Counted from the first letter of the stretch, positions 34,837 through 45,847 are shown. The stretch is 64,000 bases of DNA from Pseudomonadota bacterium (GCA_043821645.1 JBDRCO010000089.1:32001-96000), one strand, 5' to 3'. Numbers and translations: made by a program. Notes: a model not told the origin generated them from the letters alone.

Positions 34837-37374
34837 CTATCCGCGGCGCCGACGCAGCAGCAGCAATCCGAGTCCAAGGACCCACCAGGCCCTGTCCGGC
34901 ATGGCGCCGCTGGCGCACTGGCAGCCCCCCTCTTCGGGCTTCTCCGGCACGACATCATGTCCCCCGTCACCGGGGCGGACCGCGTCGACGCCGGCACCCG
35001 CGTCGTGCAAGGACGCCGCATCAAGCTGCGACAAGGCGTCCTGCTGAACCGCCGCGTCGGCTTGGGTTGTCGAGTCTGACGCTGCTGCAACATCGGACGG
35101 TGTCGACGCATCAACCTGTGTCACGGCGTCCGCCTGGGTCGAGGCATCGACCTGGGTCGTCGCATCAGAGCTGGTGCTGCTGTCGGGCGCACTTCCCACA
35201 TCGACGTCTGCGCCGCTATCCAGCACAAGGACCGCGTCGTTGCCACCCGCCGCATCGACCGCGCTGGCACTGTCCACACCTGCGCTGGCATCTGACCCGG
35301 GACTGAGGTCGCTGCTGGCACCTGTGTCCGGCGTCGACGCCGCATCTGCTGGCGATGTATCCGGGCTCGATGCCGAATCCAGGGCTGTGGCGGTGTCGGG
35401 AGTGGTGGCGGCGTCGGCGGGTGGGGGCAGATCCGATCCGCCACCGGCGTCGCTGAGGGCGGCATCGGGGGTGACCGCATCAAATCCTGGATTCGCGTCG
35501 GACCCGGAGGTCGCGTCGACCGCGCTGGCAGAGTCCACCCCTGAAGCTGCATCGTCGACGGCAGCGTCGGTCAGAGGGTTGCAGGGGCAATCACCGTCCA
35601 GGCACAGGCCGGGGCCACCACCAGCACAAGCGCAGGGTGTGCCGTTGCCTGTGTTGCTGAAGCTCGTGCAGATCTGCAGATCCGGTGTCACGCAGACGCC
35701 AAGGCTGTCGCACCGGTCGGCCTGCAGATCCTGGTAAGTCCGGCAGGTGGTGGACAGGGCGCCACAGGCGATGTCGCCGCAGGCGGGATCATCGGCAGTT
35801 ATCTGGTCGCAGCTACCTGTACCGTCACAGGCTGTGCACAGGTCGCACAGCTGCGTGCTGTCTGGAAAGGCGCAGGCGCGCACGCCGTCGCAGTGTCCGG
35901 CACACAGCCCGGAGCCGCTGCACTCGCCGTCCGGGTCCGTGCCGTCGGCCACAGGCCAGCACTGCCCAAGGTGGTCTGCCACGTCGCAGCGCTCGCAGAA
36001 GCCGTTGCAGGCATCGAGGCAACACACTCCATCGACACAGCTCAGTGCGCCGGCGCAGGGTGCCTGGGTCGAGCAGGTCGCGCCTCTGGGGACAAAAAAG
36101 TAGGCGGCACCCCGCTGGTGGTTCGCCGCGGTCCCGGAGAAGGGCGCACCGACGAGCACGGCACGATCCCGCAGTGCCACGGACCAACCCAGGAGCTCGT
36201 TGCCGTCTGGAGCCGTAGCGACCAGCTTGTCGACCAGGCTCCAGCTCGCGGCGGCGCCCTCGAACAGGTAGGCCGCGCCGGCCGTGAGCAGCGTCGAGCT
36301 GTCAACACCGTAGGCACCTATGGCCACGGCACCATCCTGGAGAGCCACGGCGCTGCCAAAGAAGTCGCTCGCCGAGCGCGCCGAGGCCTGCAGCTCGACG
36401 CGGAAGGTCCAGGTGCTGGCGCTGCGCGTGAACACGTAGGCCCCGCCGGCGTCGGTGGTGCCGTGGTCGTGGCGACGTGCGCCGATCACAGCCGTGTCAC
36501 CGGCCACGGCGACGGCGGCCCCGAACTCGTCATCGGCAGTCCCGTCGGCGGGGGTCAGCTTGCCCTGCTGGCTCCACGTCGTGCCGGTGCGCGAGAAGAC
36601 GTAGGCCGAACCGGTGAGCGCCAGAACAGCGATATCCGTGGGTGCCCCGATCACCACCGTGTCGCCGCTGATGGCCACGGCGCTGCCGAACAGATGATTG
36701 GCGGCGAAGTCGGTGGCCACGAGCTTGGTCTGCTCCTCCCAAGTGGAGCCGTTGAAGACAAAGACGTATGCAGCCCCGCGGTTGCTGTTGGTCGACGAGT
36801 TTGCTTCCTCGTTGTTGGCGCCGACCACGATGGTGTCGCCGTCCAGCGCCACGGCGACGCCAAACTGGTCGATGTTGGCGCGGTCAAGGGCGACCAGCTT
36901 GGCGCTCTGCGTCCAGCTGGAACCGTTGCGAGTGAACACGTAGACCGCCCCTGGCCCTTGTTGCATGCCTGTGGCATCGGCGCGATAGGCGCCAACCACG
37001 GCGCGGTCGCCCTGCAGCGCCACGCTGTAGCCGAATCTCTCCTCCGCCTGCTGGTCCGGCGAACCCACACTGAGCTTGGCCTGCTCGGCCCAGCCGCTCA
37101 CCGTGCGCACGTAGACGTAGGCCGCACCAACGTTGATGGTGGTTCCGTTGTCCACGTTCTGCGCTCCGATCAGCGCGGTGTCTCCGTCCAGGGCCACCGA
37201 GCGGCCGAAATCATCACCGGTGATGCCGTCGCCACTGTGCAAGGTGGCAGCCTCGGCCAGGGCTGCGCTGCCAGATCGCGGTGGCGCTGCAGCTTCGATT
37301 GGCGCATCGAGTTCCAGCTCGGGGGCGCAGGCGCACAGGGCGAGAGCAACAGCGAAAACAGGGCAGCGGGTCAT
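34837..37374 (-). CDS. Surface protein: FG-GAP propeller + Cys-rich domain + Asp-rich stalk + MYXO-CTERM
   Basis: Repeated FG.SVALDGDT..IGA..GAAYVF units; CVDGVCC Cys-rich region; C-terminal GGCQC..WWVLGLGLLLLRRRR. Confidence 0.88.
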   Translation of the reverse strand: MTRCPVFAVALALCACAPELELDAPIEAAAPPRSGSAALAEAATLHSGDGITGDDFGRSVALDGDTALIGAQNVDNGTTINVGAAYVYVRTVSGWAEQAKLSVGSPDQQAEERFGYSVALQGDRAVVGAYRADATGMQQGPGAVYVFTRNGSSWTQSAKLVALDRANIDQFGVAVALDGDTIVVGANNEEANSSTNSNRGAAYVFVFNGSTWEEQTKLVATDFAANHLFGSAVAISGDTVVIGAPTDIAVLALTGSAYVFSRTGTTWSQQGKLTPADGTADDEFGAAVAVAGDTAVIGARRHDHGTTDAGGAYVFTRSASTWTFRVELQASARSASDFFGSAVALQDGAVAIGAYGVDSSTLLTAGAAYLFEGAAASWSLVDKLVATAPDGNELLGWSVALRDRAVLVGAPFSGTAANHQRGAAYFFVPRGATCSTQAPCAGALSCVDGVCCLDACNGFCERCDVADHLGQCWPVADGTDPDGECSGSGLCAGHCDGVRACAFPDSTQLCDLCTACDGTGSCDQITADDPACGDIACGALSTTCRTYQDLQADRCDSLGVCVTPDLQICTSFSNTGNGTPCACAGGGPGLCLDGDCPCNPLTDAAVDDAASGVDSASAVDATSGSDANPGFDAVTPDAALSDAGGGSDLPPPADAATTPDTATALDSASSPDTSPADAASTPDTGASSDLSPGSDASAGVDSASAVDAAGGNDAVLVLDSGADVDVGSAPDSSTSSDATTQVDASTQADAVTQVDASTPSDVAAASDSTTQADAAVQQDALSQLDAASLHDAGAGVDAVRPGDGGHDVVPEKPEEGGCQCASGAMPDRAWWVLGLGLLLLRRRRG
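35040..35560 (-). repeat. Degenerate 18-nt (hexapeptide D-A/S-x-x-x-x) coding repeat
   Basis: DASTQA DAVTQV DASTPS DVAAAS DSTTQA DAAVQQ etc. Confidence 0.75.
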
Positions 37375-37458
37375 GGGCACTCCTGATTCAGGCCAAGGGG
37401 CCGGGGACACTAGCATGAAATTCTGCCTGGGGTCCGTACGCGGAGGGGGCTGCGCCGA

Positions 37459-40400
37459 TCAGCTCGAAGCGCGAATGAGGTCCAGCAACTCATCGGCACT
37501 GAGTTTGGCAGCCAGCTCGCCGCCGGCCAGGATCTGGCTGGCGAGGTCGCGCTTATCTCGATGCAGAGCCACAATCTTCTCCTCGATGCTGTCCTGGACG
37601 ATGAGCCTGTATACCGTGACCGGTCGGGTCTGGCCGATGCGGTGGGCGCGGTCCGAGGCCTGGTCCTCCACGGCAGGGTTCCACCATGGATCCACGTGCA
37701 CGACGTAGTCAGCTGCCGTGAGGTTGATGCCCTGGCCTCCGGCCTTGAGGCTGATTAAAAACACCTCGGCCTTCCCGGCCTGGAAGGCGTCGATGCGTTG
37801 CTGGCGCTCGGCCACCGGCGTGGAACCATCGAGGTAGAGCTGTGCGAATCCGAGCTCGTCGAGGCGCTGTTGCAGTGCCGTGAGCTGGGCGATCCACTGG
37901 CTGAACACCAGTGTGCGATGGCCGCCGTCCCGGAGCTGTTCGAGCAGCTCCACACAGGCGTCGAGCTTGCAGCTCGGCAAGCCCGCGTCCGGGGAGACCA
38001 TGGCCGGGTTGCTACAGGCGCGACGCAGCCGCGTGATCTCGGCCAGGATGCGTACGTGGTTGGACGGTTGGCCGTCCGTCGTGGGCTGCACCAGCTTGGT
38101 CAGGGCGCGCTGTCTGAGCGCCTCGTAGTGTGCACGCTCGGCTGCGCCCATCTCGACGCCGAGTTCGATATCGGTGCGCGGCGGCAGCTCGGCGAGCACC
38201 TGCTGCTTGACGCGACGCAGGATGTAGGGCGCCACCAGAGTCTTGAGGTGGCCGAGGCGCTCCCTGTCCTTATCGCGCTCGATGGGCAGGGCGAAGCGCC
38301 GAGCAAAGGACTCGCGGGAACCCAGCAAGCCGGGGTTGAGGAACTGGAACAGCGCCCACAGTTCGTCGAGGTGGTTCTCGACGGGAGTACCGGTGGTGAT
38401 CACTCTCGCCTGGCCCTGCAGGGTCGCCACCGCCTGCCAGCGCTTGGTCGAGGCGTTCTTGATGGCCTGGGCCTCGTCGAGGACCAGGGTGCCGAAGGCG
38501 ACTTTCTGTAACGCCCGGATCTCGCGCACCAGCAGGGAGTAGCTGCACAGCAGCACGTCTCCCGGCGCCAGCGTCTCGATGGTGCGCCTGCGCTCGCCCA
38601 CGCCCAGCTGGACCAGCCGCAATGCCGGCGCGTAGCGCGAGGCCTGGTCGCGCCAGGTGCCGCACACCGTGGTTGGCGCCACCACCAGGCTCGGCCCCAG
38701 GGCGCGCCGCTCGAGCAGCAAGGCCAGCACCTGCGCGGTTTTGCCCAGGCCCATGTCATCGGCGAGACAGGCTCCCATGCCGCCGGCGGCGAGCCGCGCC
38801 AGCCAGGCGAAACCCTCGACCTGGTAGCCGCGCAGCTCGAGCTGAAGGTCGACCGGAACGGCGGGATCGGTGCGAAACGCAGTCTCGATCTCGATCAGGC
38901 GAGCACCAAAGTCTGCTCCGCGCTCGACCTGTCCTGCCCCCTGCACGGCCTGCTCGACCGCAGCGGCGGCCAGCGCATGAAAGCGCAGGTCCTCGCCCTG
39001 GCCCTGGGTAAAGGCGCGGAGCGCGTCGATCTGGCGTCGGAGCTGTGCGCTGAGCGCCAGGAACTCACCATCCCCGAGGGGTACGAATCGGCCCGGCATG
39101 ACCTCGGTGAGCTCGAGCAGGCGCCGCATGTCGAGCACCAGATCCTCGTCGACGCGGAGCTCACCGGACAGGGTGAACCAGTCATTGGCGCGCCCAATGC
39201 GCAGGCGAAGGTTGTGCGAGCTGGACTCGGCCCGGATGCGCAGTCGACCCTCGCTGGACCACTCCATCACCACGGCATCACCGAGGGCTCGCAGTTCGGC
39301 GAGCAGCTCCAGGCTGTGCTGTGGATCGTCCACGGCCCAGCGAAAGCTCCCGTCGCGAGGCGTGTCCAGGTTCGGACAGGCGCGCACACAGGTCTCGGCC
39401 TGGCGCAGCTCCTCGTCAAGGTCGCGGCGAGTCTGCACTCGCTGGCCGTCGATCGAGGCCACCAGATTGACGGCGCCGAGGCCAGGCGTGAAGGCTGCGC
39501 CATGGTCTCCCAGGGGACGGGTCACGAACTCGACGCGCAGGTCGCGGCCGACGAAAGCGATGCGCGCCCGTGGTCGCGGATCGGCCGGGCGTTGCTCGAA
39601 CCCGGTCAAGCTGGCGTCGATTTCGGACTGTACGTCGACGACGGTGGCGGTCGAGCTGAGCGCCTCGATGAAGGCCTGCTCGGCCGCGGCGGGGAGGCTC
39701 AGGCCTGGACCCAGGATACTGGCGATCGCACGCTGCCGCGGATCCAGTTCGATGACCTGGGCGCGATCCGCTCCATCGCGCACGATGGCGAAGTCCTCTG
39801 CGCCGGCGAGGGGAGGATGCAGGCTCAAGCGGACGCTGCCGTCGACGCCGCGCTGCACCTGAAGCTCGGCTCGTCCCAGCACCACCTCGATGGGCTGGTC
39901 GAGTCTGTCCACCCAGAATACCAGCGGGTGCCCGACCAGCGCTCGGGCCGCCCTCGCACTGAGCTCGAAGGCTGGCTTGGTGTGGACACCGGGAGGCGTC
40001 ACCTTCAGGGCGCGGCAGATCTCGATATCCTGGGGACTCAGGAAGTCGACCTCGTCGGGGAGGTTCCCTGTCCTCGTGTCGTGGATGCGTCGGCCCTGAC
40101 TGAACCGGCCCCGGGCCGTGCGCTTCTGGTCGCGCGCCTCGAGTCGTATCCCGGCGGAGAGATCCAGCGTCCACACCAGGCGCCGGGTCCGGCTCGTCGA
40201 GGTGGTGCCCGACAGGCCTATGGCAGCCAGAGCCTCGAGGGTGCGCTGCCACAGCGGGCGTGGTGCGACCAGGCTGGACAGGGGAGGCAGCGCCGGCGGC
40301 GTGGCGACGAGCAGCGCGGGTTGGTCCGACGGTGCGAGCTGCAATAGCATGTCCGCAAGCTGATCTCCGAGCCAGCACAGCCCCGTCGCGTCACAGCGTT

Positions 40401-41850
40401 TCTGGCTGGTCGCCAGGGCGGTCAGCAGTTCGGGCGCGGGCACGGCCTGGGTCCAGCACGTCGCCAGGGCCTCGACCAGGGTGGCGAGGACCCCGGGCAG
40501 GTCCAGCGTGTCGGCCCCCTTCGCCAGGAAGACGAGGTCCTGCTGCCGCGTGGCGCGTGTGGGGTCTCTCCATACCGCTGCGAGCTCGGCGAGGATGCCA
40601 TGGCTTCTGCGCAGCCGGCCTGGCGCGTATCGTCCGTGGTGCAGGCGCTCGATGCGCTCGAGGTCCTGCGGGGTGCCCCGTGCGAACAGGGCGATCATGC
40701 AGAACAGACCCGCGATCCCCGCGAAGAAGGGGTCGGGGAGGGGCAGCAAGCGCCGCAGCTCGGCGAGCCCGGCCTCAAAGAAAACCAGTGCGCTGTCGGT
40801 CTGACCGAGCATGAGGTCGAGCCAGCCAGCGCAGCCGAGCACCTCGCCGTCCTCGCTGCCGAGGATCACCTGCCGGGCTTCCTCGATGCGGCCTTGCAGC
40901 AGCAGGTTGGCGGCCAGCCTCTGGCGCAGCAGGTCGTCCGATGTGCCACCGGATTGACGCCAGCGTCGCAGGGCCTCGTCGACCAGGGCGGTATCCGGTT
41001 CGAGACGATACAGGCTCACCCCTAGCAGGAGGATCAGCGCTTCGTGCAGCATGGCGGCCGGCAGGCGCTCGAGCCACGCCGCGTCAAAAGGTGTGCACAG
41101 CTCCTCGAACAGCACCGTCTCCCAGGTCGGGAACCGGCGGTCACCCTGCTCGCCCAGCAGCAGCCAGTGCTCGGCAGCCTGTGCGTCCCCCTGCGCGATG
41201 GCCATGCGCAACTCGCGCCGGATCGCCGCCATGCTCATGGGGTCTGGCCGGGCGCCATAGCGGATCTTGAGCGGTGCGCCACCAAGCGCCCGCGTCACGG
41301 CGCGGTGGAGCGAGGAGAAGTCGCGTCGGGTCACGGCCTGGCGCCAGGCGAGCTGGTGGCAGCCAGTGGTGCACAGGAACGCGTTGCCGCTGCCCCGGGC
41401 GATGAGGCCATCGCGAGCGAGCAGGTCGAGACGGCGCTGGACCTCCGCCTCACTGCCGAGCCCTTCACACAGGGCGCCGTGCTGAACCACGCGATGCAGC
41501 CGGGCGGCGTCGAGTTCGGTGCTCGCGACCGACAGCACCTCCAGCAGCAACTGTGAGGGCTCGTCGAGGGCATCCAGGGCTGCGCTCAACGACTCGTGGC
41601 TGAGCCCGGACGGTCGTCGCTCAGAGCTCCGGTCCACGTCGACGTCCTCGTCGTCCACGTCCATGTGGTCGTCGGCGTCGGAATCTTCGTCCAACGGGTT
41701 TTCCTGGTCACGCAGGTAGGCCTCGTACTGCCTCCGCATCTCCACCAGTTCTTGCGCCTGCTCGTCGCTGCGCGCGTCGCGCTGCAGGCGGTCCAGGTAG
41801 TCCCGGATGAAGCCACTGCGGGGATGTTCCCCTGTCGGGTGATCGGTCAT
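37459..41850 (-). CDS. SNF2-family (Swi2/Snf2) helicase-like ATPase with a long N-terminal extension
   Basis: LADDMGLGKT, DEAQ, TGTPVENH, LVFSQ, ISLKAGGQG, QASDRAHRIGQ; start may be 41850 or 41883. Confidence 0.93.
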   Translation of the reverse strand: MTDHPTGEHPRSGFIRDYLDRLQRDARSDEQAQELVEMRRQYEAYLRDQENPLDEDSDADDHMDVDDEDVDVDRSSERRPSGLSHESLSAALDALDEPSQLLLEVLSVASTELDAARLHRVVQHGALCEGLGSEAEVQRRLDLLARDGLIARGSGNAFLCTTGCHQLAWRQAVTRRDFSSLHRAVTRALGGAPLKIRYGARPDPMSMAAIRRELRMAIAQGDAQAAEHWLLLGEQGDRRFPTWETVLFEELCTPFDAAWLERLPAAMLHEALILLLGVSLYRLEPDTALVDEALRRWRQSGGTSDDLLRQRLAANLLLQGRIEEARQVILGSEDGEVLGCAGWLDLMLGQTDSALVFFEAGLAELRRLLPLPDPFFAGIAGLFCMIALFARGTPQDLERIERLHHGRYAPGRLRRSHGILAELAAVWRDPTRATRQQDLVFLAKGADTLDLPGVLATLVEALATCWTQAVPAPELLTALATSQKRCDATGLCWLGDQLADMLLQLAPSDQPALLVATPPALPPLSSLVAPRPLWQRTLEALAAIGLSGTTSTSRTRRLVWTLDLSAGIRLEARDQKRTARGRFSQGRRIHDTRTGNLPDEVDFLSPQDIEICRALKVTPPGVHTKPAFELSARAARALVGHPLVFWVDRLDQPIEVVLGRAELQVQRGVDGSVRLSLHPPLAGAEDFAIVRDGADRAQVIELDPRQRAIASILGPGLSLPAAAEQAFIEALSSTATVVDVQSEIDASLTGFEQRPADPRPRARIAFVGRDLRVEFVTRPLGDHGAAFTPGLGAVNLVASIDGQRVQTRRDLDEELRQAETCVRACPNLDTPRDGSFRWAVDDPQHSLELLAELRALGDAVVMEWSSEGRLRIRAESSSHNLRLRIGRANDWFTLSGELRVDEDLVLDMRRLLELTEVMPGRFVPLGDGEFLALSAQLRRQIDALRAFTQGQGEDLRFHALAAAAVEQAVQGAGQVERGADFGARLIEIETAFRTDPAVPVDLQLELRGYQVEGFAWLARLAAGGMGACLADDMGLGKTAQVLALLLERRALGPSLVVAPTTVCGTWRDQASRYAPALRLVQLGVGERRRTIETLAPGDVLLCSYSLLVREIRALQKVAFGTLVLDEAQAIKNASTKRWQAVATLQGQARVITTGTPVENHLDELWALFQFLNPGLLGSRESFARRFALPIERDKDRERLGHLKTLVAPYILRRVKQQVLAELPPRTDIELGVEMGAAERAHYEALRQRALTKLVQPTTDGQPSNHVRILAEITRLRRACSNPAMVSPDAGLPSCKLDACVELLEQLRDGGHRTLVFSQWIAQLTALQQRLDELGFAQLYLDGSTPVAERQQRIDAFQAGKAEVFLISLKAGGQGINLTAADYVVHVDPWWNPAVEDQASDRAHRIGQTRPVTVYRLIVQDSIEEKIVALHRDKRDLASQILAGGELAAKLSADELLDLIRASS

Positions 41851-41973
41851 GGGCCTGGATCCTGCCATCTCTCGTCGTCTCACGCGTCAGGCTTCGGTGA
41901 CAGACTGTCCTTGGGGCATGGCAGCCTCTCCCCACGGCGGTCTCCGAAGGGGGGGAGGCGTGGCTCAGGTGCG

Positions 41974-42002
41974 TTGACATCCCTGTCGTCGACCACTAGC
42001 CT
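41974..42002 (+). promoter_or_regulatory. sigma70-type promoter for the rib-nusB-che operon
   Basis: TTGACA (41974-41979), 17-nt spacer, TAGCCT (41997-42002). Confidence 0.65.
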
Positions 42003-42123
42003 TCGGCATCCTTCACGATGCGGTGAAGGCCGCGAGATGAGAGGCAAAAAGCTCATCGCGGGCCGGGCGTCAACAACCCGCATGCGGCGCTCCCGGGCGA
42101 CCGCTGCGAGGAGCGAAAACGGC

Positions 42124-42765
42124 GTGTTCACGGGCATCATCGAGCACCTCGGTACGGTGACCGCGCGCGGTGGTGGCGCTTCGGGGCAGCAGCTTGCCGT
42201 GGACCTCGGTCCCAGCGCCGCAGGCGTGAAGCCTGGTGACTCGGTGGCCATAGACGGAGCCTGCCTCACGGCCACGTCCCTCGATGGCAGCGTGGCCTGG
42301 TTTGACGCGGGCCCCGAGACCTTGAACCGCACCAGCCTGGGTGGACTGCGCGTGGGCGACCGTGTTCACGTCGAGCGCGCCCTGGCGCTGGGAGGTCGTC
42401 TCGACGGGCACCTGGTGCAGGGGCACGTGGATTGCGTGGGCGAGCTGAGGCGTGTGGCGCCGCGAGGCCAGGCCGTCGACCTCGAACTGGTGGTTCACGA
42501 TCACCCGCTCGACCTGGTGGTCGAGAAGGGCAGCATCGCCGTGGCGGGGGTCAGCCTCACGGTGAATCGCGTCGAAAGTCATGGTTTTGAGGTGAGTGTG
42601 GTCCCGTTCACCCAGCAGCGGACGCGTCTGGCGTCCTTGCGGCCGGGCCAGCACCTGAACATCGAATTCGATGTCATCGGCCGCTACGTGGCACGTCTGG
42701 TGGGGAGCGCGCGCGGTGGCCACGGACTCAGCATGGATGTGCTGAGGGAGAACGGCTTTGCCTGA
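42124..42765 (+). CDS. ribE: Riboflavin synthase (alpha chain; RibC in E. coli nomenclature)
   Basis: GTG start giving MFTGII, GDSVAIDGACLT, GHLVQGHVD, KGSIAVAGVSLT. Confidence 0.95.
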   Translation: MFTGIIEHLGTVTARGGGASGQQLAVDLGPSAAGVKPGDSVAIDGACLTATSLDGSVAWFDAGPETLNRTSLGGLRVGDRVHVERALALGGRLDGHLVQGHVDCVGELRRVAPRGQAVDLELVVHDHPLDLVVEKGSIAVAGVSLTVNRVESHGFEVSVVPFTQQRTRLASLRPGQHLNIEFDVIGRYVARLVGSARGGHGLSMDVLRENGFA

Positions 42766-43964
42766 ACAGCGTCACCATACCGACGACTTCGCCAATGTCG
42801 ATCCCCGGCGCGTCGAGCGCGCCATCGAGGAGATCCGCCAGGGCCGCATGGTCATCCTGGTCGACGACGCGGACCGCGAGAACGAGGGCGACCTGACCAT
42901 GGCCGCCGAGCTGGTGACGCCCGAGGCCATCAACTTCATGGCCAAGCACGCTCGCGGCCTGATCTGCATGACCATGACCCGGGAGCGCGCTGAGTTCCTG
43001 CAGTTGCCTCCCATGGCCAGCCAGAACACCTCACCCTACGGCACGGCCTTCACCGTCAGCATCGAGGCCCGCAAGGGTGTGACCACGGGCATCAGCGCCG
43101 CGGATCGCGCCCATACCGTGCGCACTGCCATCTCCGATGCCTCGCGTCCCGACGATCTGTCACGACCCGGGCACATGTTCCCGCTGGTGGCACAGGCTGG
43201 CGGCGTGCTGGTGCGTACCGGTCAGACCGAGGGTTCGGTGGACCTGGCGCGACTGGCCGGCCTCAAGCCCGCCGGGGTGATCTGCGAGATCATGCGGGAC
43301 GACGGCACCATGGCGCGCATGCCCGATCTTCTCGAGTTTGCGCGCATCCACGAGCTGCTGCTGCTGAGCATTGCCGACATCGTGGCCTACCGCCTCGAGC
43401 ACGAGCTGCTGGTCGAGAAAGCTGCCGACACCGAAGTGGATACGGAGTTCGGGCCGTTCCACGCCACGGCCTTTCGCAGCACCGTGGACGACCGCGAAGC
43501 CCTCGTGCTGTCTCGAGGTGACCTGACCGGGGCCGAGGCACCGCTGGTGCGCGTGCACTCGGGCTGTTGCCATGGCGACCCCTTCCCGGGCGCGCTGTGT
43601 GACTGCGGTCTGCGCCTGCGAGGCTCGCTGCAGGCCATCGTCGACGCCGGTGTCGGAGCGCTGCTGTACCTGCCTCCTGACCTGCCCCAGCGCTCCCTCG
43701 TCGAGAGCGTGGTCGATGCCGCCCAGGTACGCCGGGACCGGCAGGTCCGAGCACGGCACCCTCGAGGTCCCCAGGGTGGAACCTCGACGGGCATGCGCCA
43801 CTACGGCATGGGTGCCCAGATCCTGCGCTCGCTCGGGCTGCGCCAGATCCGCTTGCTCTCCAATAGCCCCATCAAGCTGTCCAACATCACGGGTTTCGGC
43901 CTGACCATCCTCGACGTGGTGGCCATTCCCCAGATCCCTGGCAGCGTCGATACGGAGGACTCCC

Positions 43965-43975
<11 letters not shown>
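42758..43975 (+). CDS. ribB: DHBP synthase fused to a degenerate GTP cyclohydrolase II domain (RibBA/RibBX)
   Basis: [36 protein letters not shown]-terminal [23 protein letters not shown] motif absent. Confidence 0.92.
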
Positions 43976-44429
<454 letters not shown>

Positions 44430-44434
44430 CGGGC

Positions 44435-44887
44435 ATGGCGCGCTCTGCTCGCCGCCGCGCTCGAGAGAGCGCCTTGCAGGTGCTGTATCAGCTGGACGAG
44501 AGCGCCCAGGAGACCTGGGACGTGGAGCGCGCGCTCGAGGGCTACTTTGCCAACTTCGAGCACGCGGAGCCCGCGCGCGCCTTTGCCCGGGAGCTGGTGC
44601 AAGGCGTGGCCATGCATCGTCCGCAGATCGATCAGTGTATCCTGGCCACCTCGACCAGCTGGCGGCTCGAGCGCATGTCTGCCGTGGACCGCAATCTGCT
44701 CAGGCTCGGGACCTTCGAGCTGTTGCACGGTCCCGAGGTCCCGGCTGCCGTGGTCATCAACGAGGCGGTCGAGATCGCGCGCCGGTTCGGGAGCGAGAGT
44801 TCGGCCGCCTTCGTCAACGGCATTCTCGACGAGATCGCTCGCCGCAACGGGCGGACCGGTTCCCCGGGTCCGGGAGGGGGCGGATGA
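44435..44887 (+). CDS. nusB: Transcription antitermination factor NusB
   Basis: RRRARESALQVLYQ, VDRNLLRL, VVINEAVEIA, FVNGILD. Confidence 0.96.
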   Translation: MARSARRRARESALQVLYQLDESAQETWDVERALEGYFANFEHAEPARAFARELVQGVAMHRPQIDQCILATSTSWRLERMSAVDRNLLRLGTFELLHGPEVPAAVVINEAVEIARRFGSESSAAFVNGILDEIARRNGRTGSPGPGGGG

Positions 44888-45378
44888 ACGCGAACGCTCG
44901 CCCGAGCCTGTGGACGCCCAACCTCGACACCCTCGACAGCCTCGATGTCGACGATCTGGTGCTCGGTGTGTTCTCGGACGTGCGCCCGCTGCCGGGCGTG
45001 GCTGGGCTGGTGGACTGGCGGATGTGTGGCACCCTGTCGCGCTTCGTGCGTGAGGGGCGTCTGGGTGGAGCGCAGGGCGAGCGCGTGCTGATACCGGGGG
45101 CGGGACGGGTCGGCGCACGGCGCGTTTTCTTGTTCGGACTCGGTCCCCGGGAGCACTATGCCCGGCGGATCACCGAACTGGCCGCCGAAATCCCCCAGGT
45201 GGTGCGTCAGGCCGGATCCCGGCGGGCGGTGCTGGCGCTGCCAGGACCGAGCCGGGTGATTGGCCCGGCCATGGAGCGCATGGTGGGCGAGCTCGGCGGG
45301 GTGCTCCTCGCCATCTTCGATCACGATGGCAAGCTCGGAGACTGGGTCGAGGGGAGTCAGCCGGCGGGCGGCGCTTGA
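44884..45378 (+). CDS. Stand-alone peptidase M17 N-terminal-like domain protein
   Basis: DVRPLPGVAGLVDWRMCGTLSR...LFGLG motif. Confidence 0.7.
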   Translation: MNANARPSLWTPNLDTLDSLDVDDLVLGVFSDVRPLPGVAGLVDWRMCGTLSRFVREGRLGGAQGERVLIPGAGRVGARRVFLFGLGPREHYARRITELAAEIPQVVRQAGSRRAVLALPGPSRVIGPAMERMVGELGGVLLAIFDHDGKLGDWVEGSQPAGGA

Positions 45379-45433
45379 GCTCCCGTCGCACGAACGCGCC
45401 GCAGGCGAGACTGCGACGCCAGGGCAGGCGACC

Positions 45434-45847
45434 ATGACGACACAGTCCCTGAAGGTGCTGGTGGTGGATGACTCCGCAGCGGCCCGCGCCATGTTGACGG
45501 CGGCCATCGAGAGCTATGCCGAGGCGAACGCGAGGGTCCCTGAGATCCAGGCTGCGAGCAGCGGCCTCGAGGCACTCCGCTTCCTCCCCGCCAACGCCCT
45601 CGACCTCATCGTCACCGACATCAACATGCCGGACGTCAACGGGCTGGAACTCATCTCCTTTGCCCGACGACATCCCCTGCACGGAGCGACGCCCATCGTT
45701 GTGGTCACCACGCAGAGCGCGGAGCTGGATCGCGATCGCGCGCTGGCCCTCGGTGCCAACGGGTACTGTGAAAAACCGGTCACGGTGACCGGCCTGCTGC
45801 ATGTGATCACACCCTTGCTCGATGCCAAAAACGGAGGTTCACGGTGA
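45434..45847 (+). CDS. cheY: CheY-like response regulator
   Basis: VVDDS, TDINMP, VVTT, KP. Confidence 0.9.
   Translation: MTTQSLKVLVVDDSAAARAMLTAAIESYAEANARVPEIQAASSGLEALRFLPANALDLIVTDINMPDVNGLELISFARRHPLHGATPIVVVTTQSAELDRDRALALGANGYCEKPVTVTGLLHVITPLLDAKNGGSR

Noticed and set aside
42005-42123. Canonical FMN riboswitch
   Set aside because: Conserved core words such as AATTCCC..CGGCGGT and AGTCTGGATG are missing; kept only as a speculative finding
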